Part shown: positions 1-10,743 of the stretch, in pieces
Layout of the letters: the number at the start of each line of letters is the position of its first letter
Numbering within the stretch: the stretch's first letter is position 1
Source: Leptolyngbyaceae cyanobacterium
GTDB lineage: Bacteria; Cyanobacteriota; Cyanobacteriia; Phormidesmidales; Phormidesmidaceae
DNA length: 64,000 nucleotides
Direction: 5' to 3'
Assembly: GCA_965263355.1 (NCBI GenBank)
Contig: CBDHHL010000032.1
Coordinates: 672,001-736,000 of the forward strand
Translations under genes and position numbers: made by a program
Notes under the pieces: generated by a model
Seen by the model: only the letters and a program-made list of their open reading frames with translations
Databases searched by the model: none
Told to the model about the DNA's origin: nothing

Positions 1-663
1 GAATACCTGGGCAGGTACCGTTGTCAGAAAGGCCACCGGAATCACAAAGGTGAAAAAGATACGAAAGGCTGCCGGATACGCCACGATCGGAAATCGTCCG
101 GCTTCTAAAAAGCCACGTAGCACTTCGGTCACGTTGTAGATTTTGACAAACCAAATACTGGTAGCCCCTAACATAAACCAAAGGCTATATAGGCTCATAA
201 AGCCTAAAGCAAGTGGCACCAACGCCACTACATAGTTGGTAAATCCTAATCCTAACTGTCTACCAGCATATGAAACCATCACAGCTCCCAATATCAAGTC
301 TGGAAACCCCCAGGGTGAAATAGTGCGTGTGGATAACCAAAACTGTGAATTAATCGGCTTTAGCAGCACAAAATCTAAGGTGCCTTCTTGCACATGCTGG
401 ACAATTCGATTTAGGTTAGGGCTTAAAAATGTAGCAGCAAACCCCTGCAGCATGGTGAACACACCTAATACCACTAAGGATTCTTGCCACTCCCAGCCTT
501 GAAACTCATAGCCTGTGCGGTAAAACAAAAATAGCCCAAATAAACTGCCACCCAAGGCTGTTAAGCTACTCAGGGTGGCAATTAAAAAATTTAGGCGATA
601 TTCAAGTTCAGCTGCGATCGCAACTTCCCAAAACAGCCGCAATACCCTTAAATACCGCCGCAC
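1..663 (-). CDS. ABC-2 family transporter permease (DUF990-type), runs off the window edge
   Basis: Not in ORF track (open-ended). GTG at 663; my translation MRRYLRVLRLFWEVAIAAELEYR... is hydrophobic and resembles the 1937..2737 permease. Confidence 0.85.
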   Translation of the reverse strand, partial: MRRYLRVLRLFWEVAIAAELEYRLNFLIATLSSLTALGGSLFGLFLFYRTGYEFQGWEWQESLVVLGVFTMLQGFAATFLSPNLNRIVQHVQEGTLDFVLLKPINSQFWLSTRTISPWGFPDLILGAVMVSYAGRQLGLGFTNYVVALVPLALGFMSLYSLWFMLGATSIWFVKIYNVTEVLRGFLEAGRFPIVAYPAAFRIFFTFVIPVAFLTTVPAQVF

Positions 664-764
664 TGTTACCTACTCCAAGTCATCAGCTCTATCGTACCAA
701 CATACCTTGGAAGAATGTACAGGTGTTTTATAAATCATGCGTTCCATGGAACACATGATTTATA

Positions 765-1484
765 TTAAGCGGAGTGTTGACCATCGATATAACGTTTCAA
801 CTCACCTTGCAAACGATAGCGAGCCCGAGCAATGCGAGATTTAACAGTACCTAAGGAAACACCTGTAATCTCAGCAATCTCTTCGTAGGGTAGTCCCTGA
901 ATTTCTCTCAACACAATTGTGGTTCGGAACACTTCAGGCAATTCAGCAATAGCAGCTTGCAAACGCTCATAAAACTCATGGGTCATCATCGTATCTACAG
1001 GGCTAGGGTCGTCTGACGCAATTTCCCAATCAACCTGACCATCATCTAAATGACGAGGCGCATCCAGAGACAATGTGCCTGCGTGACGCTTACGCTTGCG
1101 TAGTTCGTCATAAAACAGATTAGTAGTAATACGACTCATCCAACCCTTAAACTTCACAGGTGACTGCAGACGATTCAAATTTCGATAAACACGAATCCAA
1201 ACCTCTTGAGCCAAATCGGCCCGATCAGACCAATCTGGAGCCAGATGATAAAGCTGGCGATCTACATGGGATTTGTATCGACGCATAAGCTCCGAAAACG
1301 GTGCCTGCTCTGGATAACGATGACGCTGACAAATGTTAATTAGCTCGGCTAGATCTAATTGGTTAAGCTGCTCAGCCACAAGCTTTTGGCTACTAGACTG
1401 AACTGCTTGAAAAGGAGAAAGTTGAGTGACGGAATCAAGAGTTCCAGTAGCTAGAGCGCGTGCGTCAAGTTGGATAGTAGTCAT
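765..1484 (-). CDS. sigG: ECF sigma-70 factor, cyanobacterial SigG/RpoE type
   Basis: Region 2 (DLAQEVWIRVYR, WMSRITTNLFYDELRK) and region 4 (LPYEEIAEITGVSLGTVKSRIARAR) typical of cyanobacterial SigG. Confidence 0.85.
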   Translation of the reverse strand: MTTIQLDARALATGTLDSVTQLSPFQAVQSSSQKLVAEQLNQLDLAELINICQRHRYPEQAPFSELMRRYKSHVDRQLYHLAPDWSDRADLAQEVWIRVYRNLNRLQSPVKFKGWMSRITTNLFYDELRKRKRHAGTLSLDAPRHLDDGQVDWEIASDDPSPVDTMMTHEFYERLQAAIAELPEVFRTTIVLREIQGLPYEEIAEITGVSLGTVKSRIARARYRLQGELKRYIDGQHSA

Positions 1485-1936
1485 AATAAAAACAATTCAG
1501 GAAGCTGTTTTATACCGGGGGCCAAATTGATTAGGCATGGCACCTAATTTCTGTTAGCAAGAATAGCTATGAGCTAAACCTAGAAGAACAAAGCTCTTCG
1601 TAAATATCACTGAGCTTGCCGACTAGTGTAATAAACGCTACTTCTAACAAACATCAGCCATCTAACCGAGCGTTTTTCTTAATAAAACTCTCATTACTAC
1701 TTTAGTCTTTGGTCTATGGTTAGTCCGTAAAGTGTTAGTTAAGAGATACGCAATAAACGCTTTTATCTAGGAAGAAAGTTCAACTTAGTAGGTGAAAACA
1801 TGGAGTTTATAAAGACAGCTAGGCCAAACATAAATCTATGACAAATAAGCCACATATCAACTTTGTATAGACACTCTTGATTTCACCTTCTCTACATATA
1901 CTTAGGTATCCTATGTGCTGTTGTGACAACAATTAC

Positions 1937-2737
1937 CTAAGCCCCCATACCCGAGTATCGCTTTAACCCTTGACGCCATAGCCAACGGTTAACACTCCAA
2001 AAAATTAAGCACCACAATAATGTCATGGCCGTACTTTTGCCGATATCTACTGGTAAACCCACCATTAGACTAGCTGGTACATAAATTAGATACGGAAACG
2101 GCGTCCACATTACTACGGAGCGGACAGCATCAGGAAATAAGACCAGAGGTGCCACCATGCCTGAGAAGAAGGTGTAAAGCAAAAATGAAAATTGTTCAAT
2201 TGCGATCGCTCGTTCCAACCAGAATGCTGCCATGGCATAGGTGTACTGCATTAAAAAGCGCAGACCAAAGGCCAATGCCGTCAACAGTAACCCCCAACCC
2301 AGATGAACAGGCTGTTGTCTTGCCACCGGATATAACATCAAAAATAGCCCCACTAAGACAGCTATAAACGGTAATCGCGCTAAACGTTCAGCTAAATGGG
2401 AAGAAAAATGACGCCAGCCTGGATCTAGGGGTTGTAATAGTAGCGGCGATAGTTTACCTTCCAACACTTCTCGCTCAAAATCCCAAATCACCCATACAAC
2501 CGTTAGTTGACGCACTACAAACACAGCCAGAAAATAGCGCACCACATCGTCAGAGGTAAGTTCAAACTGACCACTACGGGCCGCTTCTTGCCACACTCCC
2601 ATGAGAATCAAGGGAAATGAGCCAGAAAGAACCCAAAACATGAGTTCGGCTCGATACTCAAGCATGTAGGCATAATAAACCGACAGTAACGTCGGGATTA
2701 CTCGTAACAGACGCTGAAGGTAACCGAACAAAGGCAT
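1937..2737 (-). CDS. ABC-2 family transporter permease (DUF990-type)
   Basis: Multi-TM protein; MLEYRAE N-terminal motif, EGKLSPLLLQP, C-terminal GLKRYSGMGA. Confidence 0.85.
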   Translation of the reverse strand: MPLFGYLQRLLRVIPTLLSVYYAYMLEYRAELMFWVLSGSFPLILMGVWQEAARSGQFELTSDDVVRYFLAVFVVRQLTVVWVIWDFEREVLEGKLSPLLLQPLDPGWRHFSSHLAERLARLPFIAVLVGLFLMLYPVARQQPVHLGWGLLLTALAFGLRFLMQYTYAMAAFWLERAIAIEQFSFLLYTFFSGMVAPLVLFPDAVRSVVMWTPFPYLIYVPASLMVGLPVDIGKSTAMTLLWCLIFWSVNRWLWRQGLKRYSGMGA

Positions 2738-2809
2738 GGGGCAATTACAGCAGGCATAAAATCAGTGTAGTTGGTTATGCTGACGATAAGGGTGATAGAG
2801 GGTCAAACA

Positions 2810-3229
2810 ATGCTCAGGATTTCTAACCAGGTGACAATACCCGATTGTGAAATTGAACTGCAAGCGGTTAGAGCGCAGGGTGCAGGTGGCCAAAACGTAA
2901 ATAAGGTGGCCACCGCCATCCACCTACGGTTTGATATCCCCGCATCATCTTTACCGGAACATTACAAAACCAAGTTATTGGCACTAAACGATAGTCGAAT
3001 GACCAAAGACGGTGTCATCAATATTAAGTCCCAGGCTCACCGCACTCAGCTCCGTAATAAGACTGACGCTTTAGAACGACTGCAGCAGCTGATTCGAGCA
3101 GCCATGGTGGTGAAGAAAAAGCGCAAACCTACAAAACCCAGTAAAGCGGCTAAACAACGACGTCTTGATAGCAAAGCTAAACGAAGCCAACGTAAAACAT
3201 CACGCGGTCGCGTTAGCTACGAGGAATAG
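2810..3229 (+). CDS. arfB: Alternative ribosome rescue peptidyl-tRNA hydrolase ArfB (YaeJ)
   Basis: GAGGQNVNK motif and basic C-terminal tail; ATG at 2810 preferred over the track's TTG at 2771. Confidence 0.92.
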   Translation: MLRISNQVTIPDCEIELQAVRAQGAGGQNVNKVATAIHLRFDIPASSLPEHYKTKLLALNDSRMTKDGVINIKSQAHRTQLRNKTDALERLQQLIRAAMVVKKKRKPTKPSKAAKQRRLDSKAKRSQRKTSRGRVSYEE

Positions 3230-3234
3230 ATGCC

Positions 3235-3651
3235 ATGGCGACCAAAGACCGATACCATGATGCTGTACGTAACGCCATTATTAAGGATGGCTGGACCATT
3301 ACCCATGATCCGCTCTATCTGGACTTTGATAGTGCGAGAGTGCAGGTGGACTTAGCAGCAGAAAGATTAATTGCAGCTCAGCGCGGTGCAGAACAAATTG
3401 CCATTGAGATCAAAAGTTTTTTATCCGCTTCCACTATCTATGAATTTCATCTTGCAGTGGGACAGTGCATGAGCTATCGCATTGCTTTACGCGCCCAAGA
3501 ACCCGAGCGACAGCTCTATCTTGCCGTGCCCAACTTCACCTATGAAGCATTCTTTAGTCGACCTTTAGCTAAAGAAACCACCGAAGAAGCCAAAATAAAG
3601 TTATTAGTCTACGATCCAGAGCAGGAGGCGGTTGATAGATGGATAAACTAG
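3235..3651 (+). CDS. xisH: XisH family protein
   Basis: MATKDRYHDAVRNAIIKDGWTITHDPL and DLAAERLIAA...AIEIKSF signatures. Confidence 0.92.
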   Translation: MATKDRYHDAVRNAIIKDGWTITHDPLYLDFDSARVQVDLAAERLIAAQRGAEQIAIEIKSFLSASTIYEFHLAVGQCMSYRIALRAQEPERQLYLAVPNFTYEAFFSRPLAKETTEEAKIKLLVYDPEQEAVDRWIN

Positions 3652-3974
3652 ATCAGTATCGCCAATGGATTCAAGAACTTCTGTTGGAATATGCCAATGT
3701 AACGCTAGCGAATGAAGCTATCAAGGTATACAAATTTTTTGATGCTGAAGGCGATCATTATCAGGTCTTCCATGCTGGTTGGTCCAAGACCCGTCGGATT
3801 TTTGGGCCGTTGATCCACATCGATATTTTGGATGGCAAGCTGTGGATTCAGCATGATGGCACTGAGGTAGGCATTGCCAATCGGTTGCTAGAGTTAGGGA
3901 TTCCAGCAGAGGACATTGTGCTGGGGTACCATGCCCCCTTTATGCGACAGCACGATGGATTTTCGGTTGGGTAA
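3639..3974 (+). CDS. xisI: XisI family protein
   Basis: MDKLDQYRQ...IHIDILDGKLWIQHDGTEVGIA...GIPAEDIVLGYH; overlaps the xisH stop. Confidence 0.92.
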   Translation: MDKLDQYRQWIQELLLEYANVTLANEAIKVYKFFDAEGDHYQVFHAGWSKTRRIFGPLIHIDILDGKLWIQHDGTEVGIANRLLELGIPAEDIVLGYHAPFMRQHDGFSVG

Positions 3975-4024
3975 ATTACTTTTTAGTACACTAGATTTTT
4001 ATAATCCTTCTGAGATGGGACTCC

Positions 4025-4960
4025 ATGAAGTTCTGGTTGTTGTGTCTGATTAGTTTAGGTTGTCTTGGCATTGGTTGCCTTGCGGCTGTTAAAATTGCGG
4101 CCCGACTATACAGCTTGGATATAGGAACTGGGGTTAGCCAACCTCAAGTGTCGAAGCATGAAAATATGGATACATCACAAAGAGAACAGTGACACAAGAG
4201 GCCCTTGATCACTTCACAAGGCCATAGAGTGAACAACGTGGTCTAGACTCTATAGAATCCAATAGAAGCTCTATACTGATCAACGCTTCCATCGATGAAC
4301 TCGCCAGTGTGTTACAGGGCATTGCCCTTGAATCTAAGAAGAGTGTTTTAGATTCTTCTATTGATAGAACGGATTGTTTCTTTTTGACTTATCAACTCGT
4401 TGGGCAACATTGGTCCACTGTTTTACAACAATGCAATCAACCCACTGAAGCAGAACTCTCAGCGCTTTTAGATAAGCCTGTTATAGAGTTAAATGTGAGC
4501 GATGGTGCAAACTTTATTGGTTATCGATTGTTTGAACAAGGCGAACTCATGGAATACTTTCAGGCATCAGAAGAAGATAACTACCAAGTAAACAACAAGT
4601 ATGAATTGGCTCTTGAAAAATACATACTGCAACCTTATCCAATAGACCCTGAATATCCTGAAGAAGTGCTAATACAGACAGCCTATTTTTGGTCGCGTGA
4701 GCATCAGATGACCGCTGAGGATATTGGTAATATCTGGGATTTTGTCAATATCTTCTTAGAAAAACAAGATGCTTACGATCCAGCCTTCGATTTCGGGGAT
4801 TTTCTTGGCGACTACAATCCTCAGCAGAGTAAGCACTACCAAATTTCTATGTCCAAATTCTACAATGTTGCTTGGTTACGATGAAAGCTCTGGACGCAAT
4901 CAGACAGTAACGTTTGAACCTGAATTTGTCAGGGTAGATTATTTCCGATTTGGCAACTGA
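4025..4960 (+). pseudogene. Fragmented hypothetical gene (membrane-anchored acidic protein)
   Basis: 55-aa hydrophobic-leader ORF 4025..4192; in-frame TAG at about 4225 upstream of the 4309 frame; second frame change near 4850 into the 4769..4960 frame. Confidence 0.5.
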
Positions 4961-4963
4961 TTC

Positions 4964-6514
4964 CTAAGCCCTGATCACAGTAACAGAATACTGTCGTTCC
5001 GAAACAACCGTCTTTACCGCAAGTCTCTCTTCAATCGGTAATGTCTGCGAACGACGGTCAAAAATCACCAGCCAACCGCTGTTCTGCTTTAGACGAGCCA
5101 GGTAGCTATCCAACTGCTCCAAACCTTTTGCCAATGGGTCAGCCTTTTTATCACGCCATACTTTGAGTTCGATACCCAGGGTGATGTCGCCATAGCGGAG
5201 GCAAAGGTCCATGCGATCGCTACCTATCGCATACTCCCGCTCCAGCGTACCACCGCCATTAATCACCCGATGCAAAAATGCCATCAGCACCAGATGAGGC
5301 GCAATTTCATGGTAAGCCGCACTGTTTAACAACGGTTCACCATGCTGTCGCCAGAACGTTAAAAATGCATCTAGCAATGCCTGTGTATCCAGCTTTCCAT
5401 CCGCCGTTAGCCAGGAGGGCGAAATCGTCGGCAAACTATCCTGGGGACCTTGCACCAAAAATCGAAGTAAAACTTCTCGGTAAATCGGGTTAGCCACCAA
5501 AAGACCTCCCCCCTGGGGACGCTTAAGCAATCCCAAATCCACTAAATACTGTCGATCATCATTGGAGGTAACCGGTAGCGATAATCCTGCCAACATCGGT
5601 TCCATAATGGCCTTGACCCGTTGCTCTCGTAATCGTTCCGCCAAACTATCAAGGTGAGTATCTCGGCGCTCCAGGAGAATCTCTTTGGCCTGTTGGACCA
5701 ACTCTAGCGTAATTGTTGTTGTTGGTTCTGGTGCGAGCACTTCAACCAGTTGTCGGGCCAGGGCATTGACCAACCAAGGTTGTCCGTTAGTCAGCTCAAA
5801 CACCAAGTTTACAGCGTCCTGAGAGAATACCTGCCCCGTCTCATCCGTATGCTGCTGGTAAAGCTCAGCTACTTCTTGTGGTGTAAAATCTCGCATCGTA
5901 ATGGACTCCGCCTTAATGTTAAACGGACTCGACGTATTCAAACGGTCACTACCTCCTGATGCCACCTTGTAGTCCCGCACATCACGTAGACCGATGAGCG
6001 CCACAGACTGAGGAAATGCCTTCGGACGACTACGAAAGCCATTGCGCAGCTGGCGTAATACTGATATCTGTGCTCCATTTTGTAATGTGTCAATTTCATC
6101 AACAAACAGTACCAATGGTCTAGGAATTGCCTGACTCCATGTCTTAAGGGCAGCCTCAATGCGCTGACCCACAGCTGCATCAGGCCAGGATGGTGGCCAA
6201 CAATCTGCTGGTAGATAAATTTCAGCATCGTTACGCCAGCTAGCCAATAATGCCAACTCTGTAGTACCTGGCTCATGGGAAAACGGAGCCCCTAATTCTG
6301 CTGAGACCATCACTGCAGCATATTGTCCTGCAGCTGTTAACTTTTGGGCTAATGCCAACATTGATGTAGTTTTACCAACCTGGCGCGGTGCGTGTAAGAC
6401 AAAATAGTTCCGCTGGGCAATTAATCGCTCTATATTCGGAAGCCGGTCATCGGATACTACTGTGTAATGGATATCAGGCTGGCAAGGACCTGTCGTATTA
6501 AACCAACGAGACAT
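4964..6514 (-). CDS. AAA-like P-loop ATPase with C-terminal PD-(D/E)XK nuclease-like domain
   Basis: Walker A HAPRQVGKTT, Walker B LFVDEID, C-terminal REYAIGSDRMDL...IELK. Start 6514 inferred from the paralog's N-terminus (track gives 6541). Confidence 0.8.
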   Translation of the reverse strand: MSRWFNTTGPCQPDIHYTVVSDDRLPNIERLIAQRNYFVLHAPRQVGKTTSMLALAQKLTAAGQYAAVMVSAELGAPFSHEPGTTELALLASWRNDAEIYLPADCWPPSWPDAAVGQRIEAALKTWSQAIPRPLVLFVDEIDTLQNGAQISVLRQLRNGFRSRPKAFPQSVALIGLRDVRDYKVASGGSDRLNTSSPFNIKAESITMRDFTPQEVAELYQQHTDETGQVFSQDAVNLVFELTNGQPWLVNALARQLVEVLAPEPTTTITLELVQQAKEILLERRDTHLDSLAERLREQRVKAIMEPMLAGLSLPVTSNDDRQYLVDLGLLKRPQGGGLLVANPIYREVLLRFLVQGPQDSLPTISPSWLTADGKLDTQALLDAFLTFWRQHGEPLLNSAAYHEIAPHLVLMAFLHRVINGGGTLEREYAIGSDRMDLCLRYGDITLGIELKVWRDKKADPLAKGLEQLDSYLARLKQNSGWLVIFDRRSQTLPIEERLAVKTVVSERQYSVTVIRA

Positions 6515-6544
6515 AAGCGGCTTAGCGACTACGATAGTCAAACT

Positions 6545-8449
6545 CTAAGATGATTCTGGATGAAAGTATTCATAAATTTGCTGGGCTAGCTGGGGACCGA
6601 TGCCGGATACAGCGGTTAATCGTTCTACGCTGGCCTCACGGATATAGTCAATAGACCGAAACTCTGCTAGCAGCATCTTTTGCCGATGATGGCCCAGACC
6701 AGGAATTTCACTCAGACGAGAACGTCGCATGCGGTCTGTACGTTTTTTGCGATGAAAGCTGACAGCAAATCGGTGGGCTTCATCGCGCAGCCGTCGCAAT
6801 AGCAGCACCCCCGGTTGTTCCGCCTCGGTGGGTAAGGGGGTTGACTCTTCAGGTAAAAAGATCTCTTCTCGCTTTTTAGCCAGACTGACCACATGCAATT
6901 CACTCAGCAGGTTCAATTCTTTCAGAACCTCAACCACGGCTGATAGCTGACCTTTACCACCGTCAATCATGACCAGGTCAGGCCAATCTGGATTACCAAT
7001 CCGTTCCTTTGATGGGTCTTCTGCATACTTACGAAACCGACGACGAATCACCTCGGCCATGCTGGCAAAGTCATCGGAATGACCGCTGGTAACTTTAGGA
7101 TTTTTGATTTTGTAATGGCGATAGTGCTGCTTGGCCGGCAGACCATCGACAAACACCACCTGAGATGCCACAGCATCGGAACCTTGAATGTGGGAAATGT
7201 CATACCCCTCAATTCGTTTTGGCTGCCCTGGTAAATCTACGATCTCTGCCAGGTCTTGCATGGCCTGATTATTACGATCAGCAAATCGCTGGGTCCGGGC
7301 TAGCTCATACTGGGCATTGCGCTCCACCATTTCCACCAGTTCTGCTTTGGACTGTCGTTGAGGTACTTCAATGGTTACTTTACGCCCCTTCTGCTGGGTG
7401 AGAAACTCTGCCAGCATGTCGGCATCCGGTAACGGATGCTGCACCATAATTTCGCTGGGAATTTCTACCGCATCGACCTTGGGGTAATGCTCCTCCAGGA
7501 CTCGCTGAAGAATTTGTCCCGGTGAACCGGACTCAGTCTCGGCAACAAACCCCAGGCGGCCTACCAAACGACCGGCGCGAATTTGAAAGAGCTGAATGCA
7601 GGTATGCTGATCGTCGCCAGATAGTGCGATCGCATCCCGAGAAATCGTATCATCTGGCAGCGCCACCTTTTGATGGGCACTCAGGGTTTGCAAACCGCGA
7701 ATTTGGTCCCGCAACTTAGCCGCCTGTTCAAAATTAAGCTTTTCAGCCGCCCTTTCCATTTGGACAGTTAAGATCGACTCCAACTCCTGGACTCGCCCTT
7801 GAAAAACCATGGCAACCCTTTGGACAATCTTGTGATAATCCTCTGGCGTGATCAGCGCCTGGCACACACCAGGACATTGACCAATATCATAATTAAGACA
7901 GGGCCGATCTTTAAATAAGGGCTGACGTCGCTGCCGCAACGGAAATATTTTTTTCGAAATATGCAGCGTCCGGCGTAGTAACCCCGTATCAACATAAGGA
8001 CCGTAGTAGCGATCTTTCTTAGTCGTTTTGCGGCGCTTGCGGGTAATAAAAATTCGCGGGTAGTCTTCAGACCAGGTAATGCAAAGGTAGGGATACTTTT
8101 TATCATCCTTAAGCAGCACATTAAAATAAGGTTGATGCTGCTTAATTAGGTTGGCTTCCAGAGCCAGGGCCTCTGCCTCGGTGTCGGTAACGATAAATTC
8201 AATATCGACTACCTGGGTCACCATCACCGCAATGCGGGGAGTATGCTGCTGCTGACCATCCCTAAAATAGGAACGCACTCGATTGCGCAGGCTTTTAGAC
8301 TTACCGATATAAAGGATTTGATCATCCCCATCCCGCATAAAGTAAACACCTGGTTCCTGGGGAATTTCCTTGAGGCGAGTTTCTAAGCGTTCAGCGTCTT
8401 TTAATAGCGTCTTAACAGTAGCAGCGGAAGGCACCAAGAGTCTCTCCAC
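6545..8449 (-). CDS. uvrC: Excinuclease ABC subunit C
   Basis: GIY-YIG (PGVY...[16 protein letters not shown]), UVR domain, RNaseH-like ([15 protein letters not shown]), HhH C-terminus. Confidence 0.97.
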   Translation of the reverse strand: MERLLVPSAATVKTLLKDAERLETRLKEIPQEPGVYFMRDGDDQILYIGKSKSLRNRVRSYFRDGQQQHTPRIAVMVTQVVDIEFIVTDTEAEALALEANLIKQHQPYFNVLLKDDKKYPYLCITWSEDYPRIFITRKRRKTTKKDRYYGPYVDTGLLRRTLHISKKIFPLRQRRQPLFKDRPCLNYDIGQCPGVCQALITPEDYHKIVQRVAMVFQGRVQELESILTVQMERAAEKLNFEQAAKLRDQIRGLQTLSAHQKVALPDDTISRDAIALSGDDQHTCIQLFQIRAGRLVGRLGFVAETESGSPGQILQRVLEEHYPKVDAVEIPSEIMVQHPLPDADMLAEFLTQQKGRKVTIEVPQRQSKAELVEMVERNAQYELARTQRFADRNNQAMQDLAEIVDLPGQPKRIEGYDISHIQGSDAVASQVVFVDGLPAKQHYRHYKIKNPKVTSGHSDDFASMAEVIRRRFRKYAEDPSKERIGNPDWPDLVMIDGGKGQLSAVVEVLKELNLLSELHVVSLAKKREEIFLPEESTPLPTEAEQPGVLLLRRLRDEAHRFAVSFHRKKRTDRMRRSRLSEIPGLGHHRQKMLLAEFRSIDYIREASVERLTAVSGIGPQLAQQIYEYFHPESS

Positions 8450-8518
8450 ATCAGTTCTATTAGAAAAGGGTTGTCCATTGCCTTTTTATTCTGCATACAT
8501 TTGTCCTAACCAGGTCAG

Positions 8519-8806
8519 CTAGAACATCTTTAGTAGCCCTTGCTGTCCTACAAAAATTTCTCGCAACAAACTAATAAATGCAACCCAAATGATTGGAGAA
8601 ATATCCACCCCCCCAAAAGGTGGAATCACCTTACGCACTGGAATCAAAAAGGGCTCAGTCGGCCAATAGACCAAATTGAAGGGAAATTTAGTGGATTCCG
8701 CCTCTGGATACCAAGTCAAAACGATGCGGAAAATAAACAATAAGGTCATCACCGCTAGCAGCGGCCCAACGATCCAATTGCTAATCACGATACCTGACAT
8801 CGTCAA
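8519..8806 (-). CDS. YggT/Ycf19 family membrane protein
   Basis: FIFRIVLTWYP...PTEPFLIPVRKVIPPFGGVDISPI motif; upstream neighbour of psbX as usual in cyanobacteria. Confidence 0.9.
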   Translation of the reverse strand: MTMSGIVISNWIVGPLLAVMTLLFIFRIVLTWYPEAESTKFPFNLVYWPTEPFLIPVRKVIPPFGGVDISPIIWVAFISLLREIFVGQQGLLKMF

Positions 8807-9049
8807 ACGTCCTCGTTAAATGAGTAATTCACTTTAAGGATTGTAAAGCTTAGTTTAATGATCAGGCACTTCAAATCCATGAACTTTTTGATTAAAAATC
8901 TAAAAAACCTTGATACAAAAGCATTTAGCGATTTCAAAGTATCTGTACCTTGACTTTGGTCAAAATTAAAAGGCTTCTCAAGGTTAACGTTGCTCGATAC
9001 TATATTAAGCAAGCATTACAAACGTTTGCGGATCTAAAGAGTTGAGGCC

Positions 9050-9166
9050 ATGACACCATCACTAACTAATTTCTTATTGAGCCTGGTCGCTGGCGCTGCA
9101 ATTGTAGTTATTCCAGCAACTGTCGCTCTCGTATTTATCAGTCAACGCGACAAGATTAAGCGCTAA
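9050..9166 (+). CDS. psbX: Photosystem II protein X
   Basis: Below ORF-track cutoff; translates [45 protein letters not shown]; followed by ycf66. Confidence 0.95.
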   Translation: MTPSLTNFLLSLVAGAAIVVIPATVALVFISQRDKIKR

Positions 9167-9261
9167 GCCTTCATACATCTAGCTTGAAATAGGTGACACT
9201 GTTTTAAGCCTAGGCAAGGCTACAGATAATTTCCTGGTCAATGTTTTGTGTAAATGAACCG

Positions 9262-9290
9262 AGAGTACAGCGTGAGCTGTGCTCTTTTTT
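9262..9290 (+). terminator. Intrinsic terminator downstream of psbX
   Basis: AGAGTACAGC-gtga-GCTGTGCTCT followed by a T-run. Confidence 0.7.
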
Positions 9291-9306
9291 ATGGCTAATA
9301 TGAAAT

Positions 9307-9356
9307 CCTGATGGTTGCCCCGATATCATGGGGCAACCATCAGGGATTGCCCTTAC
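9307..9356. repeat. REP-like palindromic repeat
   Basis: 15-bp perfect inverted repeat CCTGATGGTTGCCCC/GGGGCAACCATCAGG (9307-9344), 8-nt loop, ending in ...CCCTTAC. Confidence 0.6.
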
Positions 9357-9570
9357 GGGTCAATGTATTTTTAATCGGAGTTATCGGAGTTAATGGATGC
9401 GGGCTTGGCATAACTCATTGTTCCTATGGGTTACAAATAAACCTCTGATATACAGTTAATTTGCCAAAAGACAAATCCATTGCTGCCCGCTACGATAGAA
9501 TTGGTGGCCATGGATTGTCATATCATGCACAACGCTGATTAGAGGGCAACCATCATATGAGGAAGCAATT

Positions 9571-10443
9571 GTGAATTTTGGTACTCCTGTCCCGCTACTG
9601 GTTGGATTAATACTCATTCTCGGTGCGGTTGGGTTATTTTTTCTAGACAAATACAAACCTGGCTATGCACGCAGCTCTGACAAGGTTTACTCGATTTTGC
9701 TTTTGCTGTCTGGCATTTTTCTGCTAGCCCATTTGAATATGGAGCTTTTAGCTTCCTTTCAGCAGGTCATGCTAGTGGGCATGCTAACCACCCTGATTAT
9801 CAATGACATCACTAAGCGTGAATCTAACCGTAATACGACTCGTTCCATAGATCGCGATGGCCCTCCAAGACGTTATGATGAGCGGCCAAGGCGAGTTTAT
9901 CGAGCTGAATTAGATGATTGGGATGCCCCTGGGCCACCCCGCATTCCTAGCGATCGCTATAGCAACGAACCCTACAGCGATCGCTACGATTCCCGGCCAT
10001 TGGAACCTCGGACAGCGCCTTATGATGAGCGTCGTCGACCACCGGCTCGTTTACAGCCAAGTCCGCAGGGGAGAGGGCAGTTTGATAATTATGCTGGCGA
10101 TCGCAACCGTCCAGAGCCCCGTCCAAATGAGCGGCCAGATAGGTTCTACAGCAATCCTCGCTATGATCAAGCAGGTCCGCAAGCTCCCAACAATCGTCCT
10201 CAGCAACAACCACAACCACCCATCCCCACAGGCAATGGAGCCGCTCATAGTTTAGGCGGTTTACCACAACAGCCCCCTAGAAATACTGAGCCTCGTAACG
10301 AGCGTCCTCCACTAAATGTTCAACCTCGACCTCAAGACGCTAGCGAAGGTAGTTATACAAATTTTCGTCCAGCACCTTCTGATAGTGGCGATTCAGCTCC
10401 CTATTCCGATACTCCACCACCGCAGCCACCGGCCAATTATTAA
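9571..10443 (+). CDS. ycf66: Ycf66 family protein
   Basis: MNFG N-terminus, three TM helices, then a Pro/Arg-rich disordered tail; synteny with psbX. Confidence 0.8.
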   Translation: MNFGTPVPLLVGLILILGAVGLFFLDKYKPGYARSSDKVYSILLLLSGIFLLAHLNMELLASFQQVMLVGMLTTLIINDITKRESNRNTTRSIDRDGPPRRYDERPRRVYRAELDDWDAPGPPRIPSDRYSNEPYSDRYDSRPLEPRTAPYDERRRPPARLQPSPQGRGQFDNYAGDRNRPEPRPNERPDRFYSNPRYDQAGPQAPNNRPQQQPQPPIPTGNGAAHSLGGLPQQPPRNTEPRNERPPLNVQPRPQDASEGSYTNFRPAPSDSGDSAPYSDTPPPQPPANY

Positions 10444-10493
10444 CCACCTTACTTACACTAGCCTTTTCATTAGGAACATAAATATCACCACCA

Positions 10494-10742
10494 ATGGTCA
10501 GAAAAAAACCTACCCAAGCCCACATCACCAAGCTCATTTCTAAAAGCCAGTCAGAATTCCTGAAAGCACGGACAAAAAAGCAGACGGAATACTATATGGG
10601 AGCAAAGTTAATTGAGGTAGGCATCAACCCCGATCAGGCGATTTATCGCTGGAAGGTTGTCGACAAAGGTCTAAAGGAAGAATGGACTTACAGCGCCTAC
10701 TGGGGTGATAGTAAGGAAAAAATAGAAGCGGCAGAGGGATAA
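10494..10742 (+). CDS. Conserved hypothetical protein
   Basis: 82-aa ATG ORF with protein-like composition (EYYMGAKLIEVG...WTYSAYWG). Confidence 0.7.
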   Translation: MVRKKPTQAHITKLISKSQSEFLKARTKKQTEYYMGAKLIEVGINPDQAIYRWKVVDKGLKEEWTYSAYWGDSKEKIEAAEG

Positions 10743-10743
10743 C

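Noticed and set aside
9940..10110. Repeated SDRY/HIP1 units in ycf66
   Set aside because: Low-complexity disordered tail with ordinary HIP1 sites.
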